Source: Clostridiales bacterium
GTDB lineage: Bacteria; Bacillota; Clostridia; Christensenellales; CAG-314
Direction: 5' to 3'
Length of the DNA stretch: 64,000 nucleotides
Assembly (NCBI GenBank): GCA_022508345.1
Contig: JAFLVK010000001.1
Location: forward strand, 597,841 to 661,840
The number at the start of each line of letters is the position of its first letter. Positions within the stretch are counted from its first letter, which is position 1. Position numbers and translations under genes: made by a program. The notes under the pieces are model-generated. The model was not told where the DNA came from, searched no databases, and saw nothing but the letters and a program-made list of their open reading frames with translations. Shown here piece after piece: positions 24,470 through 33,766 of the stretch.

Positions 24470-25503
24470 TACCACTCTACCTCCAGTGCCACTGCCGACT
24501 CTTTTAGATAATTGTACGCCTTTTCGCAAAATTCGAACACAGGCGAATTGCTAGCTTGACGTTCCACCAAAAACGACGGATTTTGTATGCCGGGAATGTT
24601 GTTGGCGTAATATTGCAAAATCAACTTGTCGTCAACGAAAATCATGTTCATGCGCGGTTGTTTGTCGTATTTGTAAAGCGTAAAGTTTTCGCGATTTTTC
24701 GTCAGCCTGTCGTAAAAACCAAGCGCGGTGTCGATGTTGACGTTGGTGATGGTTTTTATGCGGTTGGGGCGTTGATGCTCCTCCTGCTCGCGCTGTTTTG
24801 TAAACAGTCCGTCCGGGTCCAAAAACAGCATTTCAATGCTGCCGCCGTTTTCAATACAGTTGATGATTGCCTCGGGGTTTATTCGCGCGGTCAGCTCCGA
24901 ATTGGATATGCCAACAACGCGTACGCTCTTTGCTGTGGCTATCAGCTCGTTAAATTTGCAGCTTTGGTTCATTGAAGCGCGGGTTGCAAACACTTCCTTT
25001 ATCTCGTTGGTTATTTGCGTTTGTTGCCACGTTGTACATGTTTCCAGCCTGGAAATCACCCACTGGTAAATCTGGTCAAGGTTGTCCTCGTCGTAGTAGA
25101 AGTGCGTGCGGTTGGCAAACAACTCGTGTATGTGCTGCTCGTCTCCCTTGTGAAAATTGCCGCACACAACTGCCTTGGCGTTGGTAACGGATGTTTCGTC
25201 CAGTTGCGTCATTGCGTAAAAGGCGTCAATTTCAGTGGACAGCTCGTAGTGGCGCATGGGGTTGATTTTGCCGTTTTCCAGGCGGTGAAGCCCGTCGGTG
25301 CAAACCAGCAAAAACACGCGCGAACGCATTACTTCGATAATGTTTGCCTTGTACAAATCCTTGTTGGCGTAGGGGAAGTAAAAGCATTTAAGTCCGTGTT
25401 GCGTCAGGTAATTGTGAATTTTGTCTGCATACTCACGTGAACCGTTAGCTTCGTAGCTGCCGTGATAAGCGATAAATACGTCGTATGTTTTGTTGAGACT
25501 CAT
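24469..25503 (-). CDS. TIR-domain protein with an unassigned ~170-aa C-terminal domain
   Basis: 344 aa. N-terminus YDVFIAYHGS...SRVFLLVCTDG...HYELSTEID fits the bacterial TIR pattern, including a candidate catalytic Glu. The C-terminal domain (VRVVGISNSEL..IEMLFLDPDG..MIFVDDKLILQYY) is not confidently assigned. Confidence 0.6.
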   Translation of the reverse strand: MSLNKTYDVFIAYHGSYEANGSREYADKIHNYLTQHGLKCFYFPYANKDLYKANIIEVMRSRVFLLVCTDGLHRLENGKINPMRHYELSTEIDAFYAMTQLDETSVTNAKAVVCGNFHKGDEQHIHELFANRTHFYYDEDNLDQIYQWVISRLETCTTWQQTQITNEIKEVFATRASMNQSCKFNELIATAKSVRVVGISNSELTARINPEAIINCIENGGSIEMLFLDPDGLFTKQREQEEHQRPNRIKTITNVNIDTALGFYDRLTKNRENFTLYKYDKQPRMNMIFVDDKLILQYYANNIPGIQNPSFLVERQASNSPVFEFCEKAYNYLKESAVALEVEW

Positions 25504-25697
25504 GTTTCGCTGCTCCGATATTTATTTTCTCAATGATACCATATAACAGGCTGTTGTTGCAAGCGCTACGGTAAATTTTGTTGTCGTGAGCGATATCGCA
25601 GTGTGTGGACATTAAATGACAGGTATTTTGCAAAATTGCTACTTGTGTTGTCGCCATTTGTGGTACAATGTTGTCAAAGGAGTGTGCGGTGGAGTAA

Positions 25698-26243
25698 ATG
25701 TACGGTTTTGCAGTAAACAGCAAATTGAAGCAGTTGATTGAGGAGTGCTTGCAGCTTATGGAGGAGTTGCAGGTACCCGTGAGTACATCTGTTTACTTCA
25801 AGGAGTGCAAGGGCTTTTCCCGCTTCGGCTACTGCAAAAGGAATACAAATACCGCAAGCAGGAGAGAGCGGGCATTTCAGTACACAGTTGCAATCAACAG
25901 ATATTTTTTGCATGACGAAGATTGCAAAACAACAATAATACACGAACTGCTGCACACAATCGGCAGCAAGCTGGGCCACACGGGAGATTGGAAAAAGTGG
26001 GCGAAGTATGTCAACGCGCACACGCCATACAACGTCGGGCGCACGGCAAGCTTCGAGCTGCAGCCCATTGCCTACCGCAACCGCAGGATCAGCACAGGCA
26101 ATTACGACCCTGCGACCATGGACGTTGCCGAGTGCCCCAAGTGTCACATGCGTATCTACATTCGCAAAGAGCGTGGTGTAAAAGCAAGCGGTGCAACCAA
26201 ATACATCTGCAAAAAGTGCAAACAACGTATCCGTTATATTTAG
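25698..26243 (+). CDS. SprT-like zinc metalloprotease with a C-terminal zinc ribbon
   Basis: 181 aa. HELLH motif plus CPKC...CKKC. Confidence 0.7.
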   Translation: MYGFAVNSKLKQLIEECLQLMEELQVPVSTSVYFKECKGFSRFGYCKRNTNTASRRERAFQYTVAINRYFLHDEDCKTTIIHELLHTIGSKLGHTGDWKKWAKYVNAHTPYNVGRTASFELQPIAYRNRRISTGNYDPATMDVAECPKCHMRIYIRKERGVKASGATKYICKKCKQRIRYI

Positions 26244-26274
26244 AAAAATGTCAAATATTGCTCAATTATTTTTG

Positions 26275-26303
26275 TTGACTTTTAACTGCGTATGCTGTAT
26301 AAT
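26275..26303 (+). promoter_or_regulatory. promoter of tRNA-Arg
   Basis: TTGACT, 17-nt spacer, TATAAT. About 20 nt upstream of the tRNA. Confidence 0.65.
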
Positions 26304-26322
26304 GTGTTAGCAAAATGAATAT

Positions 26323-26399
26323 GCGCCCTTAGCTCAATTGGATAGAGCGTTGGTCTACGGAACCAAAGGTTAGGGATTCGAGCTCCTTAGGGCGCGCCA
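26323..26399 (+). tRNA. tRNA-Arg (ACG), CCA encoded
   Basis: GCGCCCT..GCTC AATTGGATA GAGC..TTGGT CTACGGA ACCAA..AGGGA TTCGAGC TCCTT AGGGCGC GCCA. Confidence 0.9.
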
Positions 26400-26404
26400 C
26401 AAAA

Positions 26405-26446
26405 AAAGTCGTACTTTGATGAAAGCAAAGTACGACTTTTGTGTTT
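26405..26446. terminator. intrinsic terminator
   Basis: 14-bp stem aaagtcgtactttg/caaagtacgacttt. Confidence 0.8.
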
Positions 26447-26480
26447 GTTGTTATTTAATTTAATCCGCGACGGTTAATTA

Positions 26481-27947
26481 TTATTCGTCGTCGACCTCAA
26501 CTTCAGGTGTTGCGCTAGCAGGCGTTTCGTCCTTGGCAATTGTTTTCATAACCTTCTTTTCGTTGTAGAACAGCAGGATAACTGCGCCAAGTATACAGAA
26601 TGCTACAGCTACGGCTCCTACAATGGTCATGCCCAGGGTGGAAGCGGTGATGTCGTTGCTGTCGGTGTTTTGCGTGGTGCCGATAATGGCAAGAGATGTG
26701 AACAACACCATAGCAAGCGATTGACCGAACTTCATTGCAAACGTACGCGCTGCAAAGTACATACCCTCGCGGTTTTCACCTGTGTCAACGCCGTCTGCTT
26801 CGGCAACGTCAGCAACAATGGACTGGGGAATAATACCAAGCAGTGCCATGGGGAATGCTGCAATCACGCAAATAAGCACGCCGAACACTACGCCGGGGAT
26901 TGCGCCTATGCCAAGCAGTCCGGGGTTTTCGGCAGTTCCGAGAACGCCAATCAGCGTTGCGATAACGTATGCAAGTGCCAAACCTAGGAAGCCTGCAATT
27001 GTAAGCTTCTTTTTGCCGAACTTCTTAACCAGCTTGGATACAATGGGGTAGAATGCTGCAGAAAGCACAGTCATGCCGCCAAGGAAGTACATTGTGAACG
27101 CTTCGCTGATGTTCATGGACACCTTTACGAAGAAGGGCAAACCCGTTTGGAAGAGGGTCAATCCCACCCAGTACATAAGGTCGGAACAAGCAAATGTGCG
27201 GAAGTCCTTGTTTTTGAATGTTGCGGCAAGCGACTTGAACATATTTGCGTTGGACGGTTCCGTATCGACAAATTCCTTTTCCTTAATAAGGAATGTGGGA
27301 AGCAACATGCAAACGGCAGCAATAACTGCAAGCACGATAAAGCATATACGGTAGCTCCAAGCAAAGCCAACGCTTCCGCGCAGCAAGCCTGCCAGTACGA
27401 AAGGCGTGTACGCCAAGAGCGTTCCCGCAAAGTAGGTAAGCGAAATTGCCGTGGATATAAACATACGGTCATCTTGGGTTTTGCCGAACTCCGAAATGAG
27501 CGCGTTGTAGGGAGTGCAGTACATTGTCATGAACAGATAGAACAGAACAATGAACACCGAAATCCAAACGATATTCCAACCGCTAATTTCCGACTTGGGT
27601 GCGCAGAAGAGCAACACGGTTACTACAGAAAGCGGAATTGCTGCATATTGCATAAAGGGAATACGGCGTCCGCGCTTGTTTTTGCTGCGGTCGGATAGTG
27701 ATGCAATCAGTGGGTCGCTTACCGCGTCGAATACACGGCTTAACGCTGTTACCAATCCCAACACGGTCAAAAATCCGCCGATAACCAGCCCCGGCACGAT
27801 GTATTGGATAGCGCCGCCCTCTACAATGTCCGCCTCGGTGGGCAAGTAAAAGGTAACAAACCAAGCGCTGATGATACCGCTCAGTGTTGACCAACCGAGT
27901 TGACCTATCGCAAATATCCACATTTGCTTTTTCGATAGTCTTTTCAT
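26481..27947 (-). CDS. MFS/GPH-family (glycoside-pentoside-hexuronide:cation symporter-like) transporter
   Basis: 488 aa, about 12 TM. LSDRSKNKRGRRIPF is the GPH-type loop motif. Confidence 0.7.
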   Translation of the reverse strand: MKRLSKKQMWIFAIGQLGWSTLSGIISAWFVTFYLPTEADIVEGGAIQYIVPGLVIGGFLTVLGLVTALSRVFDAVSDPLIASLSDRSKNKRGRRIPFMQYAAIPLSVVTVLLFCAPKSEISGWNIVWISVFIVLFYLFMTMYCTPYNALISEFGKTQDDRMFISTAISLTYFAGTLLAYTPFVLAGLLRGSVGFAWSYRICFIVLAVIAAVCMLLPTFLIKEKEFVDTEPSNANMFKSLAATFKNKDFRTFACSDLMYWVGLTLFQTGLPFFVKVSMNISEAFTMYFLGGMTVLSAAFYPIVSKLVKKFGKKKLTIAGFLGLALAYVIATLIGVLGTAENPGLLGIGAIPGVVFGVLICVIAAFPMALLGIIPQSIVADVAEADGVDTGENREGMYFAARTFAMKFGQSLAMVLFTSLAIIGTTQNTDSNDITASTLGMTIVGAVAVAFCILGAVILLFYNEKKVMKTIAKDETPASATPEVEVDDE

Positions 27948-28229
27948 GATTTCCTCCTAATACATATTTATCTTGCGTCGAATTCGCAATCTTTAAGTTT
28001 AGATTAAGATACGCTTATTGTAGCACATCTAAATGCGCCAATCAATACCTTTTGAAAATTTCCGATGTAACTGTTGCGCAAAAAGCAAATCAGCGCTCAA
28101 TTTTGTTTTACATATTGGGTTGCTGTATGTTATAATGTTTGAGCTTTGGCTTTTTTGCCTATTATATATGGATAAAAGGGCTATATCATTACACTTGATA
28201 ACGCCTAGGAGTTGTGGTACAATATACAT

Positions 28230-28805
28230 ATGAACGGTTACGATTTCGACAACACAATACTCGACGGAAACAGCACGCGCAGGTTCGCCTTTTTTTGCAC
28301 GGCACGTCTTCCGTATCTGATTATATTTGTGCCGGTGATAGTGATTGCTTCGCTTTTGCGCGCTTTGCGTATCATAAGCATGAACAAATATCTTCACATG
28401 TTGGAGTGGTTCATTGCGCTTGTGCCAAATGTCGACAAGTTCGTAATCAAGTTTTGGGACAAAAACATGAAGCATATCAAGCCGTGGTATCTCAGTCAAC
28501 GTCACGACGACGATATCGTCATTTCCGCGTCCCCCTATTTTCTCGTTGTAGAAGCATGCAAACGCTTGGGTGTTGCTTGTATTGCTACCAATCTTGACAC
28601 GCATGCGCGCCTAAACGGTCACAAGCATGTTTACGGCAAAGAAAAGGTAACAACATACAAAATTGTTTACGAGGATAAGCCTCTTACAACATATTACTCC
28701 GATTCCATGTCGGATATCCCGATGTTTATGTTTGCCGAGCGCGGATATTTTGTAAAGGGGCACAAGGTAAAGCTGCTTTACGAAAACGGCGAACGCGTAG
28801 ACTAA
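28230..28805 (+). CDS. HAD-superfamily (subfamily IB-like) phosphatase
   Basis: 191 aa. N-terminal DFDNT (DxDxT). The ATG lies 6 nt after a TGgTACAAT -10 element. Confidence 0.65.
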   Translation: MNGYDFDNTILDGNSTRRFAFFCTARLPYLIIFVPVIVIASLLRALRIISMNKYLHMLEWFIALVPNVDKFVIKFWDKNMKHIKPWYLSQRHDDDIVISASPYFLVVEACKRLGVACIATNLDTHARLNGHKHVYGKEKVTTYKIVYEDKPLTTYYSDSMSDIPMFMFAERGYFVKGHKVKLLYENGERVD

Positions 28806-28911
28806 CACCTTGCCGGTGTTAATTACATTCTTGCAATAATGAAAGCTCCTCTTGTACAGGGGAGCTTTTTTTGTGGTTTGTAGGCATTTGTATATTGCAA
28901 AACGGCTGTGC

Positions 28912-29742
28912 TCAAAACTCAACGGGAGCAGTTACCTGTACTTGCTCGCCGGTGTAGGGGTGCGTAAAAGCAAGCTGTTGGCAGTGTAGCATGATGCGTT
29001 CGCCGGCTTTTGCGCCGTACAGTGTGTCGCCCACAATGGGGTGCCCAATGGCTGCAAGGTGTGCGCGTATTTGGTGGGTGCGGCCTGTAACTGGCGTAAC
29101 GGTAAGCAGTGTTGTGCTGCTTCGCGTTTCGCGTATTTGGTAAACGGTGTGCGCATTTTTGCCCTGTTCAACGTCAACTACCGTTTTGTTTTGACTGTCC
29201 AGGCGTGTTAGCGGCAGTGTAATTTCACCGTCCGCTTCCAGCTGTCCTTCCACCAGCGCAACGTAGCTTTTTGCAATTGTGTGGCTTTGCTGCAATGCGT
29301 TGAGCTTTTGCGCAGTAACCTCGTCCAGTGCACCCAGCACCAAGCCGCTTGTTGTTTTGTCCAGGCGCGTAATTATTCGCAGTTGAAAGCTGTTGCCAAA
29401 GCTTGTTGCAAGCATATTGCCAAATGTGTCCGTCTTGTGCGCTCTGTCGGGGTGTATGGGCACACCGTAGGGCTTGTTCGCAATGTACAAATAGTTGTCG
29501 GCAAACAGTATTTCGGCTGGGGTGGAAGCAAATACGGGCGTTTCCAGACGTTCATCCGTTGCAAGAGTAAGCGTATCGCCTGCTTTCAGTATTTGGGTCA
29601 CGGTGACGGGCTTGCCGTTTACTGTCATCACACCGCCGTATTTAAAGCGCTTTACCTGCGTGGTGGAGTACCCCTGTTGCAACAGGTATTGCCTGAGGGA
29701 GATTCCGTCATGCTGCTCGGTAATGTTTAAGATTAGTTTCAT
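28912..29742 (-). CDS. RluA-family 23S rRNA/tRNA pseudouridine synthase
   Basis: 276 aa. S4-like N-terminus and catalytic motif ITRLDKTTSGLVL. Confidence 0.85.
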   Translation of the reverse strand: MKLILNITEQHDGISLRQYLLQQGYSTTQVKRFKYGGVMTVNGKPVTVTQILKAGDTLTLATDERLETPVFASTPAEILFADNYLYIANKPYGVPIHPDRAHKTDTFGNMLATSFGNSFQLRIITRLDKTTSGLVLGALDEVTAQKLNALQQSHTIAKSYVALVEGQLEADGEITLPLTRLDSQNKTVVDVEQGKNAHTVYQIRETRSSTTLLTVTPVTGRTHQIRAHLAAIGHPIVGDTLYGAKAGERIMLHCQQLAFTHPYTGEQVQVTAPVEF

Positions 29743-29896
29743 ATGGATATTGTACAATAATGAAGTGAAATTTACAAGCCGTCGTTGTCAAATGTAATTG
29801 TGTGAAGTGCGTAATTTTACTATTGACAGTGACGGTGCAAAAGTAGTACAATAAAAGCAGCTACAAAAGTATATGTGTACTAAATGGAGAACTACC

Positions 29897-30433
29897 ATGA
29901 AACACTTCACAGTTGACCTCAACGGTTTTACAGCAGAACTCCCCATACTACCCCTTCCCAATGGCGTAAACATTGCATTTTTCAACCTGCACGGCAATGT
30001 GGAGCTTACCGAGCATTGCGGCAAACAGCTTGCAAAGCTTGTTTCCGACTGCGACGTACTGCTTACGGCAGAGAGCAAGGGGCTGCAGCTCACTCACGTC
30101 ATCGCGCGCGAGTTGGGGCACAAATTTTACGCTGTTGCGCGCAAATCCAAAAAGCTGTACATGCAAGACGGCTTGGAGGTGACGATAAACAGCAGTATCA
30201 CAACGGGTAACCCACAAAAGCTGTACATTTCCAAGCACGATGCAGAATTACTGCGTGGCAAAAAGGTGGGTATCATTGACGACGTTGTATCTACAGGCAA
30301 CAGCCTTGTAGGGCTGGAGGAGCTTGTTGAACTTTCCGGCGGTGTGATACACAAAAAGGCTTTCGTGCTTGCAGAGGGCGCAGCTGCTGAGCGCAAGGAC
30401 ATCTGCTATTTGGGCGTTATCCCCTTGCTGTAA
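29897..30433 (+). CDS. phosphoribosyltransferase (adenine/xanthine PRT-like)
   Basis: 178 aa. PRPP loop VGIIDDVVSTGNS. Confidence 0.7.
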   Translation: MKHFTVDLNGFTAELPILPLPNGVNIAFFNLHGNVELTEHCGKQLAKLVSDCDVLLTAESKGLQLTHVIARELGHKFYAVARKSKKLYMQDGLEVTINSSITTGNPQKLYISKHDAELLRGKKVGIIDDVVSTGNSLVGLEELVELSGGVIHKKAFVLAEGAAAERKDICYLGVIPLL

Positions 30434-30555
30434 GCTAAACTGAAAAACAAAACATCAAGCGACCGCAACAGGTCGCTTTTTTATATCGGTGCGTATAACT
30501 TGCAATTTGGTGTTTTTTAGGGTATACTATTGGCAATTATTACTAGTGGTGAAAT

Positions 30556-32133
30556 ATGGCAACTTGTTACGAGTTTCTACATGGCGGCGTTAACCGCAAC
30601 GGATATATCGTGTACTACGGGCACAGGTTAGCTATCTCTCAATTCCTGCAGGATATTGAGAGCTTTAGTGGCGCGCTTGTGTCACTTGGGCTGTGTAAAG
30701 GGGATGTTGTTACCCTGTACTTGCCAACGTGTCCGCAAGCGCTTGTTGCCTTTTACGCATGCAGTAAGCTGGGCATGATTGCCAATATCATTCACCCGCT
30801 TGTTCCCGTCAATTTGCTGGCGGAAAACCTTGCAAAAACACGCTCCAAGGCATTGCTGTTTTACGATGCAACCGTCAAGGATGAACGTCCGCTTGTAGCG
30901 CTCAATCAGTTGCTCATTCGTTGCAGCATTGCCGATTACGTAACGGTACGCAAGCCTGTGTACAAGCTGTACTCACGCTGTTCCGGCAAGCGCGTAAGCG
31001 AAATTGCGACCTACGTTCAATTGTTGAAAATGGGGAACCTAGTACCCACAAAGCTTGCGGGAAAGGGGGAAGATTTGCTGTGTTACATGCACAGTGGCGG
31101 CACAAGCGGTCAACCCAAGATTGTAATGCTCAACAACGACGCATTCAACGGCGTTACCGACGGAATGTTCAAGATGTATCACCCAACTGTACATCAAGGC
31201 GACTTTAACCTGGCAACCTTGCCTGTATTTCACGCTTACGGCTTGTGTTCGGCAATGCACGGACCGTTGTCAGTGGGGTACAACCTGATACTGGTGCCCA
31301 AGTTCGACACCAAGGCGGTGAAGAAGTATTTGAACAAATACTGTGTTACGGTGTGGAGCGTTGTTCCTGCCATGCTCAAAAAGATGCTGGCAAACAACAC
31401 CTTTGACAGCAAGGGGTTAGCTAGCCTTGACGTCATCTGGTGCGGTGGCGATGTGTGTGATGAAAGCCTGGTGGAGCGTGTGGACGGCATACTCATGAAA
31501 CGCGGCACCCATGCTAGGCTTATGCGCGGTTACGGGCTTACGGAAGTGTGCGGCGTGTGCATTGTCAACAACTACGACTACGAACAAAAGGGCAGCTGCG
31601 GACGTCCCATGCCGGGCAACTACGTGGAGATATGGAACGACAGCAACATCACGCTTGGCGAAAAGGAGCTGGGCGAAATTGTCGTGAGCGGTAACGGCGT
31701 TATGAGCGGATATATCGAGGGGGAGGACTGCCTTGTTGACAAGGAGGGCAAAACCTGGGTAAAAACGGGTGACGTCGGCTATCTTGATGACGGGTACTTG
31801 CACATTGTGGACAGGAAAAAGCGCTCGTTAAAGATTGCTGCGGTCAACGTGTTCCCCGCTCAAATTGAGGAATGCGTAAAAAAGCTTGATTTCATATCCG
31901 AAGCGTGCGCAGTGGGTGTCAAGGTGGATGGCAAGCAGTACGTCAAGGTGTTTGTAACGCTCAAGCAGCCCACAGGTTACGAGACCGTCAAGCGGGAAGT
32001 GACAAACATCTGCAAGCAGAACCTAATTCAGTACGCCGTGCCCTATTTCGTGGAAGTAATCGACGAAATGCCCAGGACGGACTTCGGCAAAATTGATTAC
32101 AAATCGTTGAGTGGCTTATATTTAAATAAGTAA
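30556..32133 (+). CDS. AMP-dependent synthetase/ligase (acyl-CoA ligase family)
   Basis: 525 aa. Motifs YMHSGGTSGQPK, YGLTE and GDVGYLDDGYLHIVDRKK. Confidence 0.8.
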   Translation: MATCYEFLHGGVNRNGYIVYYGHRLAISQFLQDIESFSGALVSLGLCKGDVVTLYLPTCPQALVAFYACSKLGMIANIIHPLVPVNLLAENLAKTRSKALLFYDATVKDERPLVALNQLLIRCSIADYVTVRKPVYKLYSRCSGKRVSEIATYVQLLKMGNLVPTKLAGKGEDLLCYMHSGGTSGQPKIVMLNNDAFNGVTDGMFKMYHPTVHQGDFNLATLPVFHAYGLCSAMHGPLSVGYNLILVPKFDTKAVKKYLNKYCVTVWSVVPAMLKKMLANNTFDSKGLASLDVIWCGGDVCDESLVERVDGILMKRGTHARLMRGYGLTEVCGVCIVNNYDYEQKGSCGRPMPGNYVEIWNDSNITLGEKELGEIVVSGNGVMSGYIEGEDCLVDKEGKTWVKTGDVGYLDDGYLHIVDRKKRSLKIAAVNVFPAQIEECVKKLDFISEACAVGVKVDGKQYVKVFVTLKQPTGYETVKREVTNICKQNLIQYAVPYFVEVIDEMPRTDFGKIDYKSLSGLYLNK

Positions 32134-32243
32134 GACTCCTTTGCTAAGGAGTCTTTTTTGTGCTTGCTAAAAGGATTGTATTGTGGTACAATGTACCCTG
32201 CATACATATGCGTTAAATAAAGATTGGACAAAAAGGAGCAACT

Positions 32244-33605
32244 ATGAGAGTTGTTATCGTAGGCTGCGGAAAGGTGGGCAAAGCCATCATCGACAGCATG
32301 GCAGAGGACAAACACGATATTATCGCAATTGACAACAACAGCAAGGTAATTGAGGACATTACCAACACCTACGACGTAATGGCGGTGTGCGGTAGTGCAA
32401 CTTCACGCGAAATGCTGCTCACAGCGCGCGTACCCAAGGCGGATTTGTTCATTGCCGTAACGGAAAGCGACGAGGTTAACATGCTGTCCTGCTTTTTGGC
32501 GCGTCGAATGGGCGCAAAGCACACGGTTGCGCGTATTCGCGAAACGGAGTACAACGAGGACGGACTGGACTACATCATCAAGGAACTGGACCTGTCCATG
32601 GCGTTGAACCCCGAGCGTCTAACTGCCGAAACGCTGTTCGACCAGCTCAAATTGCCGTCGGCTGTCAGCGTGGAGTACTTTGCAGGCAAAAAACTGCAAA
32701 TGATGGAGTTAATCATCAAGGAAGGTTCACTACTGCAAAATGCCAGCCTCATGGATATACGCAAAAAGTGCAATGTACAGTTCATTGCATGTGCGGTGCA
32801 ACGTGACGAAGAGGTAATCATCCCCACAGGCGCATTTGTGCTGGAAGAGGGTGACAGGGTTGCCTTCATGGTAAAGCGCGGCGACACGCACAGGTTCCTC
32901 AAGAGTGTGGGAGCAGTGCAAAAGCAAGGCCGCGACGTAATCATCCTCGGCGGCAGCACAACCTCGTACTACTTGGCAAAGATACTTGCCTCCAACGGCT
33001 TTTACGTCAAGATTATCGAACGCGACGAGCAACGCTGCGAGGAACTGGCAGAAATACTGCCTGCAGGCGCAACACTGATTAACGGCGACGGAATGAACCA
33101 TGACCTGCTGTGGGAAGAGGGTATCAAATCGACGGACGCATTTGTTGCCTTGACGGGTACAGATGAGGAAAACATCCTCATTTCGTTCTACGCAACAAGC
33201 CAGGAAGTACCCAAGGTTATCGCCAAGGTAAATCACTCCGAGCTTGCCGAGCTTGCGGAAAAGCTGGGCTTAGATAGCGTAGTTACCCCGCGCAAGCTTG
33301 TTGCCGACGTGTTGACAAGATACGCGCGTGCACTTAAAAATACTCTTTCCAGCAAGGTTGAAACAATGTACAGCCTCATGGACGAAAGAGCGGAAGCGTT
33401 GGAGTTCATGGTGCTGTCCGACTGCAAGCTTATTGGCGTTCAATTGAAGGATATGAAGCTCAAGCCCAACTTTATCATTGCGGGAATCATTCGCGGTAAG
33501 GAAACGATAATCCCCACAGGCGACGACGAAATTAGGGAAGGGGACAGCGTAATAGTGGTTGCGACTGATGCGCACTTGTATGATTTGAGTGACGTCTTGA
33601 GGTAA
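32244..33605 (+). CDS. trkA: Trk potassium uptake system NAD-binding subunit
   Basis: 453 aa. Two RCK/NAD modules (VVIVGCGKVG and VIILGGSTTSYY). Confidence 0.85.
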   Translation: MRVVIVGCGKVGKAIIDSMAEDKHDIIAIDNNSKVIEDITNTYDVMAVCGSATSREMLLTARVPKADLFIAVTESDEVNMLSCFLARRMGAKHTVARIRETEYNEDGLDYIIKELDLSMALNPERLTAETLFDQLKLPSAVSVEYFAGKKLQMMELIIKEGSLLQNASLMDIRKKCNVQFIACAVQRDEEVIIPTGAFVLEEGDRVAFMVKRGDTHRFLKSVGAVQKQGRDVIILGGSTTSYYLAKILASNGFYVKIIERDEQRCEELAEILPAGATLINGDGMNHDLLWEEGIKSTDAFVALTGTDEENILISFYATSQEVPKVIAKVNHSELAELAEKLGLDSVVTPRKLVADVLTRYARALKNTLSSKVETMYSLMDERAEALEFMVLSDCKLIGVQLKDMKLKPNFIIAGIIRGKETIIPTGDDEIREGDSVIVVATDAHLYDLSDVLR

Positions 33606-33747
33606 TTTTGAAAGCACATTCATCGCGTGATGCGGGCTACGTGTGTCAACTGACTTGGTCACGTACGCCTAGTACGCTCCCTGCGGACAGATTGTCCCCT
33701 GTTGCCCACCTAACGCGCGACTGCACTCTCAAAAAATAGCTTTTTAA
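33606..33747 (+). repeat. divergent member of the intergenic structured repeat family (copy C)
   Basis: Shares the central hairpin with a compensatory change (gg-tca-cgtac-gccta-gtacg-ctc-cc at 33657-33680) and core-like ends ttttgaaagc / gctttttaa. The interior differs. Confidence 0.45.
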
Positions 33748-33766
33748 GGAATTATGGTAATAAAAC

